A stretch of DNA of 41,154 nt from a virus: IMG/VR virus record IMGVR_UViG_3300031541_000022, positions 1-41,154 of that record; one strand, 5' to 3'. The position numbers and the translations under genes were made by a program. The notes under the pieces were generated by a model. It did no database searches. It was not told the origin of the DNA and saw nothing but the letters and a program-made list of their open reading frames with translations. How positions within the stretch are numbered: the first letter of the stretch is position 1; each line of letters opens with the position of its first letter. Below, in pieces: positions 16,259-26,182 of this stretch.

Positions 16259-17977
16259 ATGGCTGGATGGAAAAAACACTTCCAAACGTATCAAGGCACA
16301 CAAAGTCCGATCTCTGGCAAACAACGCCAGGGAAGCAAAGCTGATGGCACAAGCCGCTTTCAAAGCTGGCTGCCAGAGGTTTATACTGGACAGCCTAACC
16401 GCCTTGAGCGTTACATTCAGTATGACCAGATGGATATGGACAGTGAAATCAACACTGCATTGGATACGATAGCTGAATTTTCTACACAAGAAGACGCAGA
16501 AACAGAGGCGCCATTTAAAATCAAATGGGAGAGTACACCTACTGAGACCGAAAGCGAAGTTATTCAAACTGTTCTAAAACAATGGTGCCGTGTTAATGAA
16601 TGGAACCTACGTTTGTTCAACACTTTCCGTAATACAATCAAATATGGTGACCAGCCGTTTGTGCGTGATCCAGAGACATGGAAACTGTTCTATGTTAACC
16701 CTGGTGATGTTCTGCGTGTGGTTGTTGATGAAGCTAACGGCAAGGAACCAGCACAGTATGTGATTAAGAACCTCGACCCTAACTTTAACAATCTCACTGC
16801 AACTGCACCAGCAGGTGGCGGCAACTACACCGCAGGCGCTGTTAACCCTAGCGCAATGAACACAACTGCACAGACCCGCAACCCAGGGCAGGTAAACAAC
16901 GCTCAGGGCATGGGTGCAGACACTGAATTCCTAGTTGATGCAAAGCACGTTATTCACCTTGCACTAACAGATGGCATGGACTTGGCGTGGCCATTTGGTA
17001 ACTCAATCCTAGACGCTATCTTTAAAACATACAAGCAGAAAGAATTGCTTGAGGATAGCATTATTATCTACCGTGTGCAACGTGCACCAGAACGTCGTAT
17101 TTTCTACATTGACGTAGGTGACATGCCAACCCACCAAGCTATGGGCCACGTTGAACGTGTTAAAAACGAAATTCACCAACGCCGTATTCCAAGCAGAACT
17201 GGCGGCGGTAACAACATGATGGACGCACAATACAACCCACTATCCATTATGGAAGACTACTTTTTTGCACAGACCGCTGAGGGCAGAGGCAGTAAAGTAG
17301 ACACACTTCCAGGTGGTCAGAACCTAGGTGATATTGACGACCTCAAATTCTTCAACAACAAGATGGCACGTGGTTTGCGTATTCCGTCAAGCTACCTACC
17401 AACAGGTCCAGAAGATGGAACTGCATTGTTCAACGATGGTCGAGTTGGTACTGCATTTATTGAAGAATTCCGCTTTACACAATACTGTCAGCGTTTGCAG
17501 CGTATTATTCAAAAGACGCTTGATAAAGAATTCAAGATGTTCCTCAAGCATCGTGGTTATGAACTAGACTCTAGTCAATTTGTGCTGGACTTTGTTGAGC
17601 CACAGAGCTTTAGTGATTATCGTGAAATTGAGATTAACAGTGCTCGTGCTGGCGTATTTGGTCAGGTTGAGGGTGTTGATTATCTCAGCAAGCGTTTCAT
17701 CCTCAAGAAGTATCTACAACTTAGCGAAGATGAAATCATTGAAAACGAAAAGATGTGGAAGCAAGAAAACCCAATTAAAGGCAGCGAAGAAGGTGCTGTT
17801 GATGGGGACGAATTCAGCGACCTTGGCAGTGTAGGCGTACAAGGTGGCGGCGATGGAAGTCTTGATGACTTTGAAGCAGATGAAGATTTTGAAGGCGACG
17901 AGGACCTAGGTGACACTGATGCATTTGGTGACGAAGGCGAATCAGCAATCAGCGGCGCTGAAGGTGAGGAAACCTAA
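16259..17977 (+). CDS. gp20: portal vertex protein
   Basis: LLEDSIIIYRVQRAPERRIFYIDVG, EDYFF, TLPGGQNLGDIDD; acidic tail. Confidence 0.97.
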   Translation: MAGWKKHFQTYQGTQSPISGKQRQGSKADGTSRFQSWLPEVYTGQPNRLERYIQYDQMDMDSEINTALDTIAEFSTQEDAETEAPFKIKWESTPTETESEVIQTVLKQWCRVNEWNLRLFNTFRNTIKYGDQPFVRDPETWKLFYVNPGDVLRVVVDEANGKEPAQYVIKNLDPNFNNLTATAPAGGGNYTAGAVNPSAMNTTAQTRNPGQVNNAQGMGADTEFLVDAKHVIHLALTDGMDLAWPFGNSILDAIFKTYKQKELLEDSIIIYRVQRAPERRIFYIDVGDMPTHQAMGHVERVKNEIHQRRIPSRTGGGNNMMDAQYNPLSIMEDYFFAQTAEGRGSKVDTLPGGQNLGDIDDLKFFNNKMARGLRIPSSYLPTGPEDGTALFNDGRVGTAFIEEFRFTQYCQRLQRIIQKTLDKEFKMFLKHRGYELDSSQFVLDFVEPQSFSDYREIEINSARAGVFGQVEGVDYLSKRFILKKYLQLSEDEIIENEKMWKQENPIKGSEEGAVDGDEFSDLGSVGVQGGGDGSLDDFEADEDFEGDEDLGDTDAFGDEGESAISGAEGEET

Positions 17978-18165
17978 TGACTTGGGAAGAAATAGCCAGA
18001 GATCTATATGATCTACTCGATGAGATCGACACTGCAAGCGATTTAGCAAAGGACAACGATAAGCTCTACAGAAACCTAGTTGATAAGCAACACCGTAAGC
18101 GTTTTGATTATGCAACTACAGACGGTTATACTGTTGAATTTAATGTTGATGGAGAAGAGACATGA
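17977..18165 (+). CDS. hypothetical protein
   Basis: TAATG-coupled to portal and ATGA-coupled to the next gene. Confidence 0.65.
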   Translation: MTWEEIARDLYDLLDEIDTASDLAKDNDKLYRNLVDKQHRKRFDYATTDGYTVEFNVDGEET

Positions 18166-18368
18166 GAGGACATGAGATCCTAAAAGAACTCTATGATGAG
18201 AAAGACGACAAGTATACGTTTATTAATATCGATCACCACCGTCGACCACGTATTACTTTGCGTCACCTGCAAAAGCTGCGCAAAACTCGCAGCATTGAAG
18301 ACCTAGAGCAGAAGCAGCGAATTGACGATGTGGCGTACATTTATGGACGCCCAGACGCTGAAGAGTGA
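18162..18368 (+). CDS. small basic head-region protein
   Basis: RRPRITLRHLQKLRK; GGAG RBS; position after portal. Confidence 0.7.
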   Translation: MRGHEILKELYDEKDDKYTFINIDHHRRPRITLRHLQKLRKTRSIEDLEQKQRIDDVAYIYGRPDAEE

Positions 18369-18451
18369 TTACTTAGTCAGGTAACTCACCGAATTAAAAC
18401 ACACTTTTTGCCCTTTTTCATGCCTTTTTATAAGGTAAGGCGTTTTGTTTT

Positions 18452-18458
18452 GTAAATA
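18452..18458 (+). promoter_or_regulatory. late promoter for the head operon
   Basis: GTAAATA upstream of AGGAG RBS and ATG at 18512. Confidence 0.6.
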
Positions 18459-18511
18459 CTATTTGAAGTAATGTAAAACAGTGCCTCATGAGAGGCTTAG
18501 GAGTGTGAAAA

Positions 18512-19417
18512 ATGACAAAATCAAAACTCGAAAAAGTGTTGGAGTACATGGTAAATGGTGAGCGTGAGCTTGCTAGTGAAATGCTACACGAGCATATCAT
18601 CGAATCAGCACGTGAGATTTATGCAGATCTTGCTGAAGAAGATGAAATGGTAGAAGAAGAGCTAGAACTTGACGAAGATGAGGATCTAGACGAAGCAGCT
18701 GATGAGGACCTTGATGAAGGTTACCACGAAGATGACTCAAGCGGCGACTTTGCTGATGACATTGAAACAATGGAAGATGAAATTGAAGCTGAAGAGCATT
18801 TTGGTGAAGCTGACGAAAAAGACGAAGAAGCAATGGATGACCTAGAAGGCGAAATGGACATGGATCTAGACGCTGAAATGGGTGATGACATGGAAGCAGG
18901 TGGCGACGCTGAAGAAGCTATGCAAAATGTCGAGGACGCAATGGACGAGCTCAAAGCAGTATTTGCTGATATTATGGGCGACGACATGGAAGACGAAATG
19001 TACGATGAAGTTGCTGACGAATTTGCTGGCGATGACTTGGACATGGACGACGACATGGACGACAACATGGACGATGATATGGAAGAAAGCTTCATGGAAG
19101 ATGAAGATCTTGAAGAAGAAGATCTTGAAGAAGGCGCAACAATGCACAAGCACGGTAACGTGACAATGGCAGGCGACGAAGATGGTAAAGCATCTCCAAT
19201 TCCACAGAATGCAGCAGACATGAGCCAAGGACACGCAAAGCGCGTTGACTTTGCTGGTGGAGCAACTGAGGGTGACAAAGGAACAGGCGGTTCAGCTAAA
19301 AAGATGAGCGTAACTGGTCCACAAGAGCAAAAAGGCAAAATGGACAAAAAAGTCCCAGCGCCAAAGAACTCAAGTGAAAAAGCTCACTCACTTCTTAACA
19401 AGAAGAAAGTAACCTAA
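18512..19417 (+). CDS. highly acidic prohead core / internal scaffold protein (gp67-like)
   Basis: Extreme D/E content; position between portal and protease. Confidence 0.7.
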   Translation: MTKSKLEKVLEYMVNGERELASEMLHEHIIESAREIYADLAEEDEMVEEELELDEDEDLDEAADEDLDEGYHEDDSSGDFADDIETMEDEIEAEEHFGEADEKDEEAMDDLEGEMDMDLDAEMGDDMEAGGDAEEAMQNVEDAMDELKAVFADIMGDDMEDEMYDEVADEFAGDDLDMDDDMDDNMDDDMEESFMEDEDLEEEDLEEGATMHKHGNVTMAGDEDGKASPIPQNAADMSQGHAKRVDFAGGATEGDKGTGGSAKKMSVTGPQEQKGKMDKKVPAPKNSSEKAHSLLNKKKVT

Positions 19418-19431
19418 GGGAAAGATAACTG

Positions 19432-20067
19432 ATGTTTACACCACTAAGAGAAGTTATTACACCTGACGCAGCGTCAATTACCACTGAAAGCCGTGATAAC
19501 GGCCAAGGTGGTAAGGACCTGTATATGCAGGGTATCTTCATCCAAGGTGATAAGCGCAATCAGAATCAACGAGTTTACCCAGTTAATGAAATCTCTAGCG
19601 CAGTTAAAACGCTAAAGGAAAAGATTAACGGTGGATACTCAGTCCTTGGTGAAGCAGATCATCCAGATGATCTGAACATCAACATCGATCGTGTTAGCCA
19701 CGCAATTGTCGACATGGACATGCGCGGAAGCGACGGTATCGGTAAACTAAAAATGTTGCCCACCCCAATGGGCAATATCTGCAAAACACTACTTGAAAGT
19801 GGTGTAAAGCTCGGGGTCAGTTCACGCGGTAGCGGTAACGTTGATAGTTCAGGCAATGTGTCAGAATTTGAAATTGTTACGGTTGATATCGTAGCGAACC
19901 CAAGTGCGCCTGATGCGTATCCGGATCCGATTTATGAGCAAATCATGAATCACCGTCGTAGCAGCACATTTTGGGACGTAGCACAAAGCGTAAACCACGA
20001 TCACAAAGCACAGAAGTATCTCAAAGAAGAGATGATTCGATTTATCCAAGACCTAGGGAGAAAATAA
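19432..20067 (+). CDS. gp21: prohead protease
   Basis: GIFIQ...NQNQRVYP, LGEADHP, GVSSRGSG, DIVANPSAPDA. Confidence 0.96.
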   Translation: MFTPLREVITPDAASITTESRDNGQGGKDLYMQGIFIQGDKRNQNQRVYPVNEISSAVKTLKEKINGGYSVLGEADHPDDLNINIDRVSHAIVDMDMRGSDGIGKLKMLPTPMGNICKTLLESGVKLGVSSRGSGNVDSSGNVSEFEIVTVDIVANPSAPDAYPDPIYEQIMNHRRSSTFWDVAQSVNHDHKAQKYLKEEMIRFIQDLGRK

Positions 20068-20069
20068 AC

Positions 20070-21185
20070 ATGCCTAAGTCATTTAAAGATATCCTCGGCA
20101 GCGACGTTCTTAATGAAGAACTTCAGTCAGAGCTAAACGAAGCGTTTGAAGCACGTATTGCGGAAGAGCGTGAAGCACTGACAGCGGAATTGCGCGAAGA
20201 GTTTGCGTCACGTTATGAAAATGACAAAGCGCAGATTGTTGAAGCAATGGATGCAATGCTAACAGATGCTATCAAGACTGAACTCGAAGAGTTTGCTCAT
20301 GATAAAGCTAAGGTTGCTGAAGACCGCGTTCGTTACAAGAAAGCGGTTAAAGAGCACGCCAAAATGCTAGAAGCATTTCTAAACGAAGTCCTTGCAAAAG
20401 AGATCAAGGAACTGCGTGAGGATCGTAAAACACAAAAGGCTAACTTTGGTAAGCTAGAAGAGTTCGTGCTCAAGCAGCTATCCAAAGAACTTAACGAATT
20501 CCACGATGACAAACGTGCTCTTGCAGAGCAGAAAGTTAAAATGGTACGTGAAGGTAAGAAGGTCATTGAAGAAGCAAAGCGTAACTTCATCAAGAAGGGC
20601 GCGGCGCAGCTCGAAACCATGGTTGAGGGTGTTATGCGTAAAGAGCTCACAGCTCTACGTGAAGACATTCAGACAGCTAAGGAAAACGAGTTCGGACGTA
20701 AGATCTTCGAAACATTCGCAAGCGAGTTTATGACAAGCACCCTAAGCGAAAGCACACAGGTAGCTAAACTTGCGAAAGAAATTATGGGTCTCAAAGCTCA
20801 CATTGCAGAGTCAAACGAAGTAATGGAAGCTAAGGATCAAGCTCTAACTGAAGCGAAAAAGGCGGCTCGCATTGCTGAAGACCGCAGTGAGCGCAAGCAG
20901 ATTATGAGCGAAATGCTTGGTCCTCTAAACAAAGGCCAGAAGGAACTAATGGGAACACTACTTGAAACAGTCAAGACTAAACAGTTGAAATCTGCATACA
21001 AGAAGTATCTTCCAAGCGTTCTAGCTGAAGATGCCGATGTTAAGACAACAAGCAAAAAGGCAAACCTCACTGAGAGCAAGCGCCAAGTGCGCGAAGTCAG
21101 CGGTGACAAGCCTAAGAGTACCCAACAAGATGTTGGCGGCTCAGCTGATATTATTGAACTAAAGAAATTAGCAGGACTAAGCTAA
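20070..21185 (+). CDS. gp22: prohead core scaffolding protein
   Basis: Coiled-coil protein between protease and capsid; ATG at 20070 after GGGAG. Confidence 0.85.
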   Translation: MPKSFKDILGSDVLNEELQSELNEAFEARIAEEREALTAELREEFASRYENDKAQIVEAMDAMLTDAIKTELEEFAHDKAKVAEDRVRYKKAVKEHAKMLEAFLNEVLAKEIKELREDRKTQKANFGKLEEFVLKQLSKELNEFHDDKRALAEQKVKMVREGKKVIEEAKRNFIKKGAAQLETMVEGVMRKELTALREDIQTAKENEFGRKIFETFASEFMTSTLSESTQVAKLAKEIMGLKAHIAESNEVMEAKDQALTEAKKAARIAEDRSERKQIMSEMLGPLNKGQKELMGTLLETVKTKQLKSAYKKYLPSVLAEDADVKTTSKKANLTESKRQVREVSGDKPKSTQQDVGGSADIIELKKLAGLS

Positions 21186-21198
21186 AGGAGTATTACAA

Positions 21199-22359
21199 AT
21201 GGCAGACGTTCTATTCGAAAACTGGTCAGCAACCAAGGACGCACTTGTCGACGGTTTGACTGGTAACAAAAAAGCAGTAATGGAAAGTGTCCTCGAAAAC
21301 ACAAAGAAGGCACTAACAGAATCTGCAACAGTAGGTGCAACATCAGCAGGTAACATTGCGACACTTAACAAAGTGATCCTTCCAGTTATCCGCCGTGTTA
21401 TGCCAACTGTTATTGCAAACGAACTCGTTGGTGTCCAGCCAATGACAGGTCCGGTTGGTCAGATCCACACCCTCCGCGTTCGTTATGCAGAAACATTTGC
21501 AGGTGCAAATGCAGGTGATGAAGCACTAAGCCCGTTCCAGATTGCTAACGGTTACTCAGGTAACGAGACAACTGAGCGCGCAGAAGCAACTTCTGTTCTT
21601 GAAGGACAGGCAGGTCGCAAGCTAAACATCCAGGTCCTCAAGCAGACCGTCGAAGCGAAATCACGTAAGCTTAGCGCACGTTGGACTTTCGAGGCAGCGC
21701 AAGACGCACAAGCTATGCATGGCCTAGACGTTGAAGCAGAGATCATGGCTGCACTAGCACAGGAAATCACTGCGGAAATCGACCAGGAGATCTTAGCATC
21801 TCTGCGTAGCCTAGCAGGCCCAGCACAAGGTACATATGACCAGGCTGGTGTTTCTGGTACAGCTACATTTGTTGGTGATGAACACGCTGCACTAGCAGTG
21901 CTTATCAACAAAGTAAGCAACGACATTGCTGCACGTACACGCCGTGGCGCAGGTAACTGGATGGTTGTTAGCCCAACAATCCTAACTGTTCTACAGGCTG
22001 CTACAACTTCAGCATTTGCCCGCACAACTGAAGGTCCTTTCGAGGCACCAACAAACACCAAGTTCGTTGGTACACTAAACGGCTCAATGCGCGTTTATGT
22101 CAACCAGTACGCAACAGACGATAACATCCTTATCGGCTACAAAGGCTCAAACGAGACAGATGCAGCGGCATTCTACTGCCCATACATCCCACTAATGAGC
22201 TCAGGTACTGTACTTGACCCACAGACATTTGAACCAGTTGTCAGCTTCATGACACGTTACGGTTACGTAGAACTAAGCAACCAGGCTTCATCACTTGGTA
22301 ACGCTGCGGACTACCTAGCACGTATTGATGTCACAACTGGCAACCTAAGCTTCACCTAA
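21199..22359 (+). CDS. gp23: major capsid protein
   Basis: GVQPMTGPVGQI, VEAKSRKL.A.WT.E.AQD, FYCPYIPL, FMTRYG. Confidence 0.98.
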   Translation: MADVLFENWSATKDALVDGLTGNKKAVMESVLENTKKALTESATVGATSAGNIATLNKVILPVIRRVMPTVIANELVGVQPMTGPVGQIHTLRVRYAETFAGANAGDEALSPFQIANGYSGNETTERAEATSVLEGQAGRKLNIQVLKQTVEAKSRKLSARWTFEAAQDAQAMHGLDVEAEIMAALAQEITAEIDQEILASLRSLAGPAQGTYDQAGVSGTATFVGDEHAALAVLINKVSNDIAARTRRGAGNWMVVSPTILTVLQAATTSAFARTTEGPFEAPTNTKFVGTLNGSMRVYVNQYATDDNILIGYKGSNETDAAAFYCPYIPLMSSGTVLDPQTFEPVVSFMTRYGYVELSNQASSLGNAADYLARIDVTTGNLSFT

Positions 22360-22383
22360 GTCTATAGGATACACAAGATAACA

Positions 22384-22405
22384 GAAGCGGCCCTAGGGCC
22401 GCTTC
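22384..22405 (+). terminator. terminator hairpin after the capsid gene
   Basis: GAAGCGGCC-ctag-GGCCGCTTC perfect 9-bp stem; weak U-tail. Confidence 0.7.
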
Positions 22406-22567
22406 ACTCTTGATAAAATAAATCGTTATAGCCGACCAAATATGTTGGCCTACTCACTACTAAAATTTAAGACCAACTTGTCCACGATATACGTCGCTTC
22501 AGCATAGCGGCTACGTCTGGTCTTGCACTATCCGCTCCGTGCTCTTCTTATGCTATTAATATAAGCG

Positions 22568-22574
22568 ATAAATA
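22568..22574 (+). promoter_or_regulatory. late promoter for the fibre cluster
   Basis: ATAAATA upstream of the 22603 start. Confidence 0.7.
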
Positions 22575-22602
22575 TCGTAAAGTCAAGAGGATTCTACAGA
22601 AA

Positions 22603-23652
22603 ATGCCAATTAATATCGACCACAGTGGTAACGTCATTAACACAAGCGACGGCCTTCTTGACTTTGACACAACTGGCGCAATCAAGGTTCCAGCAGGTAC
22701 AACTGCACAGCAACCCGTAGGTCGTCCGGGTGACATAAGATATAACACTACAACAGGACAATTTGAAGGATTCAACGGTGCATGGTCTAGCTTGGCTGGC
22801 GGCAACGGTAGTCCTGGCGGACTAGACACACAATTACAATTTAACAATGCCGGAAGCTTTGCAGGTGATGCTGACCTTATATGGGACGGTACGAGTCTTA
22901 ATGTAGGCCAACCATCAAATACAACACGTGGTGTCGTTCGCACATTAGGCGGTATATACGACTACGCTAGCACCGGTAATGGTGGTTATGGAGGGTTTCA
23001 ATCTGCACTTAGTACAGGCGGCGCTAGCTTTCGCGCTTATAGTGGTGATCCTAATATAGATACATTTGTTGATTTTGATTCTCAAGAAATCACGTCAGCA
23101 GACCTTGATGTTAGATTTGGACGCAACACAAATACCACTGGAGAAATGAACTTTCTTATATTTGCAGGTGATGGTACGTCTGTAGCAAATTACTCAATGT
23201 CTAAGACATCTGCGCGCTTCACAAACAGACTTGCACTCGGTGGACAGTTTTCACCACAAGTCATTCTAGATATCGATGCAACAGATGCTATTCAATTACC
23301 TACTGGTACTACTGTAGAACGTCCAGCGCCAGCGGTCGGTATGATACGGTATAACACAACACTTAGCACTTTTGAAGGCTATACTAATTCGTGGAATGAT
23401 CTTCTTGATACACTAACTGGTTCTGAAATTGTTGATTTAATTGATGTAGAACTTGGCAATACTGATTGGCAAACAGGAGCAAGTATTGCAACAGGCGGCG
23501 GCAATGACCAAATATTTTGGGAGAATGAAATAACAGTAACAACTGATTATACGATAACCGATAATCGTAATGCAATTAGTGCAGGACCTATTACAATTAA
23601 CACTGGTGTAATAGTTACAGTTGGCACTGGAGAGACTTGGACAATAGTATGA
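22603..23652 (+). CDS. fibre / virion structural protein
   Basis: Two AI..P.GTT...P....G.IRYNTT...FEG repeats; PGGLDTQLQFN; C-terminal ISAGPITI..GV.VTV. Confidence 0.75.
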   Translation: MPINIDHSGNVINTSDGLLDFDTTGAIKVPAGTTAQQPVGRPGDIRYNTTTGQFEGFNGAWSSLAGGNGSPGGLDTQLQFNNAGSFAGDADLIWDGTSLNVGQPSNTTRGVVRTLGGIYDYASTGNGGYGGFQSALSTGGASFRAYSGDPNIDTFVDFDSQEITSADLDVRFGRNTNTTGEMNFLIFAGDGTSVANYSMSKTSARFTNRLALGGQFSPQVILDIDATDAIQLPTGTTVERPAPAVGMIRYNTTLSTFEGYTNSWNDLLDTLTGSEIVDLIDVELGNTDWQTGASIATGGGNDQIFWENEITVTTDYTITDNRNAISAGPITINTGVIVTVGTGETWTIV

Positions 23653-24026
23653 GTGAAATAAGAGCAAATAAAATAAGTGATATATCAGGCATAGGACCGA
23701 TTGCACTTACAAAACAATATACCGCTAAAATGTGGGTGCAAGCAAGTCTTGCTGGAACAGCAACTATATTTGATAGTGTTAATGTATCATCGATCACCGA
23801 TCTCGGTACCGGTACTCCTCAATTTAATCTTACTAATGCACTAGACTCAAGAAATGGAACTGTTTCGGTTTGTTGCGGTTTATATAGTACTAATATTGAA
23901 GTAGCAGTTCAAATTGGTGGTTACATAGTATCGACTACTCAAATTAAAAACCAATGGGGGAGTAATACTACTGCACTTAATGATTGGATTGAAGGATATT
24001 CAAGTTGTTTAGGAGACTTGGCATGA
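23649..24026 (+). CDS. fibre-associated small protein, paralog 1
   Basis: MSEIRANKI...S.NVSSITD.G.G...GDLA; ATGA overlap. Confidence 0.7.
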   Translation: MSEIRANKISDISGIGPIALTKQYTAKMWVQASLAGTATIFDSVNVSSITDLGTGTPQFNLTNALDSRNGTVSVCCGLYSTNIEVAVQIGGYIVSTTQIKNQWGSNTTALNDWIEGYSSCLGDLA

Positions 24027-24391
24027 GTACAATTAGAGTAGATAATGCAACGCCACAAAGCGGCGGAACTGAATACAGCTTGACACAAGGTGTATCAAAA
24101 GCCAATGGCAGATTCAACGGTGAAACAAACACTATCAACTATTCAGTAAACACATCATCACTGACTGATGATAGTGTCGGTAACTTTACTTTACAATGGA
24201 CAAATCCATTTACTAGCATTACTGATTATTTAGGTGTTGGTTCTACACACGATACTTTAGAATTTTGGATGGCAAGCCCAGCATTGCTTCTACAAAGCGG
24301 ATTAGGTAGTCAATATTCTGTTGCATCTGTATCTGGTGTACTACAAGATTCCGAAGAAAACACATTTGCTTATTTTGGAAATCTACTATGA
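24023..24391 (+). CDS. fibre-associated small protein, paralog 2
   Basis: MSTIRVDN...SVNTSSLTDDSVG.F...GNLL; ATGA overlap. Confidence 0.7.
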   Translation: MSTIRVDNATPQSGGTEYSLTQGVSKANGRFNGETNTINYSVNTSSLTDDSVGNFTLQWTNPFTSITDYLGVGSTHDTLEFWMASPALLLQSGLGSQYSVASVSGVLQDSEENTFAYFGNLL

Positions 24392-24771
24392 GTACAGTTA
24401 GAGCAGACAATTTTGGAAACAGACTAGGTACTGAAACCGTCGGTGCAGATGTTGTAACGAACGGTCCTTCAAAGACCAATATCCAATTCAGTATGACAAT
24501 TAATACAATTCAATATTCTTACAATGTATCAAGTATAACAGATAATTTAGTAGGATTTTTTGACGTCAATTTAACAAATGCAAAACAGAGTGCAAGTTAT
24601 CCTGTAGTCACAAGCTCGGGTGCAATTGTATCAACAAATGGCGTTACGGCAGTAACCAACACAAAAACATCAACTAGCTTTAGTCCTGCAACCTGTAATG
24701 TAGACATCGGGTCAAATAATCTAGTAGATGTTGCACAATGCTACGCTGCAACTTATGGAGATCTTGCATGA
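24388..24771 (+). CDS. fibre-associated small protein, paralog 3
   Basis: MSTVRADN...SYNVSSITDNLVG.F...GDLA; ATGA overlap. Confidence 0.7.
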   Translation: MSTVRADNFGNRLGTETVGADVVTNGPSKTNIQFSMTINTIQYSYNVSSITDNLVGFFDVNLTNAKQSASYPVVTSSGAIVSTNGVTAVTNTKTSTSFSPATCNVDIGSNNLVDVAQCYAATYGDLA

Positions 24772-24956
24772 CAGACTGGGTAAAAGACTGGCATAAGTAT
24801 TTGCCGCAACAGACTGGACAAAGTAATACACGAATTGAAATATGTTTGAAATGCGACAGCCTTGAACCTAAGTTTCGGAAGTGTCGCGAGTGTGGTTGCT
24901 ATATGGATCTCAAGACACGACTAAAGAATTCAAAATGTCTACTAGGAAAATGGTAA
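24768..24956 (+). CDS. small Cys-rich metal-binding protein
   Basis: ICLKC...CRECGC.M..K.RL....C.LGKW. Confidence 0.7.
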   Translation: MTDWVKDWHKYLPQQTGQSNTRIEICLKCDSLEPKFRKCRECGCYMDLKTRLKNSKCLLGKW

Positions 24957-25438
24957 TGACCGAAATCAATTATTCAGAATACAAGCTATGGGAACGCGAA
25001 ATAATCTTCGCTCAGGAACATAAAGACCTACCTGAGCCAAATTATGCTATTATTTGGGAAGATCCACGATCACCTGATGATCCGATGAAGATCACAGTGC
25101 CTAGCCCAACTTGGCTTGCAATGGCAATGCATGGTGGCATTCTACCACCAGTTGAAGTTTATTGGGAACTCAAGAAAGACGAAGCCCAGTCTGGCTTCAA
25201 GAGTCACACACGCGGACACTTGTTACATGATACGCCGCCTATCCCAGTAATGACTGAAGAAGAGGCAATGGAATATCTTGTGCAAAAAGACATACCCCCG
25301 CACGTATGGCACAACTATAATGGCAACAGACAGATAATTAAGATTGTACCACGCAATTTGATCCCAACGGACCGTTCAAACAGGAATGCGTGGAGAATAA
25401 ACCAGATGGGAGAGACTGATGACACAATCACTAGTTAA
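24956..25438 (+). CDS. fibre-cluster protein, possible assembly factor
   Basis: TAATG coupling; ends IPTDRSNRNAWRI, a motif seen in fibre assembly proteins. Confidence 0.6.
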   Translation: MTEINYSEYKLWEREIIFAQEHKDLPEPNYAIIWEDPRSPDDPMKITVPSPTWLAMAMHGGILPPVEVYWELKKDEAQSGFKSHTRGHLLHDTPPIPVMTEEEAMEYLVQKDIPPHVWHNYNGNRQIIKIVPRNLIPTDRSNRNAWRINQMGETDDTITS

Positions 25439-25769
25439 CATCGATGGAGTAACACGTGACGCCGCAGAACTCACATTCCCTGCTTCTGGCAGAGAGTTTC
25501 GCGCGGCATGGCAGTTGAGTGGCGATGTTGTGTATATAGATATGCCCACAGCACGTGATATTTGGCGTGATAAGCTACGAGGCCTACGACAGCCAGTGTT
25601 GGAACAATTGGATACAGACTTTATGAAAGCATTAGAGACTGGCGCTGATACAACTGCAATTGTTGCACAGAAGCAAGCATTGCGTGACGCACCTGCTGAT
25701 CCAGCAATTGACGCGGCTACTACTCCTGAAGAACTTATGCTTGTTTACCCAGCAGGGCTATCAAGCTGA
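25419..25769 (+). CDS. tail fibre assembly chaperone-like protein
   Basis: FRAAW, R...L..LD..FMKALE, KQALRDAP. Confidence 0.7.
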   Translation: MTQSLVNIDGVTRDAAELTFPASGREFRAAWQLSGDVVYIDMPTARDIWRDKLRGLRQPVLEQLDTDFMKALETGADTTAIVAQKQALRDAPADPAIDAATTPEELMLVYPAGLSS

Positions 25770-26182
25770 TCAACAATTGTTTTGATTTTGCTCAAAATCC
25801 TAGGATTTTGCAAAACTAACTTCGCGCCTGGATGAAGAGGGACTGGATAACGGTCGTAATTTACCCAGGCGTATCCTTCACTTTCACCATTTATTTGCGG
25901 CGTAAATTCATGCGGCACAGTTGCAAGAAATGTGTCGTATTCAAACGATTCGTCATTGCTCACCATTTTATGTAGTGGATAAAACTTAGTGATTTCTGGC
26001 AGGAAGCCTAGCTCTTCTGTGAGCTCACGCTCAATAGTTTGTACAGGCAGTTCATCGTTTTCACTGCCGCCTCCCCAGAATCCCCAATAGTTTTTGCGTT
26101 TGCGGTCAGGGGTTCTTAGTTGTAAAAGTATTCGCTTGGTGTCCTCACTGAGGAGTATACACCCGCTAGCTTTTATTGTCAT
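25745..26182 (-). CDS. NUDIX hydrolase
   Basis: Nudix box GGGSENDELPVQTIERELTEELG. Confidence 0.9.
   Translation of the reverse strand: MTIKASGCILLSEDTKRILLQLRTPDRKRKNYWGFWGGGSENDELPVQTIERELTEELGFLPEITKFYPLHKMVSNDESFEYDTFLATVPHEFTPQINGESEGYAWVNYDRYPVPLHPGAKLVLQNPRILSKIKTIVDQLDSPAG

Noticed and set aside
18960-19130. GACGACATGGA-type short repeats
   Set aside because: They encode low-complexity Asp/Met-rich protein in the acidic scaffold; there are no spacers, so this is not CRISPR or a DNA-level repeat.
23649-24771. Diversity-generating retroelement target/template pair
   Set aside because: The paralogs differ at all base types, there is no near-identical repeat, and no reverse transcriptase is in the window.
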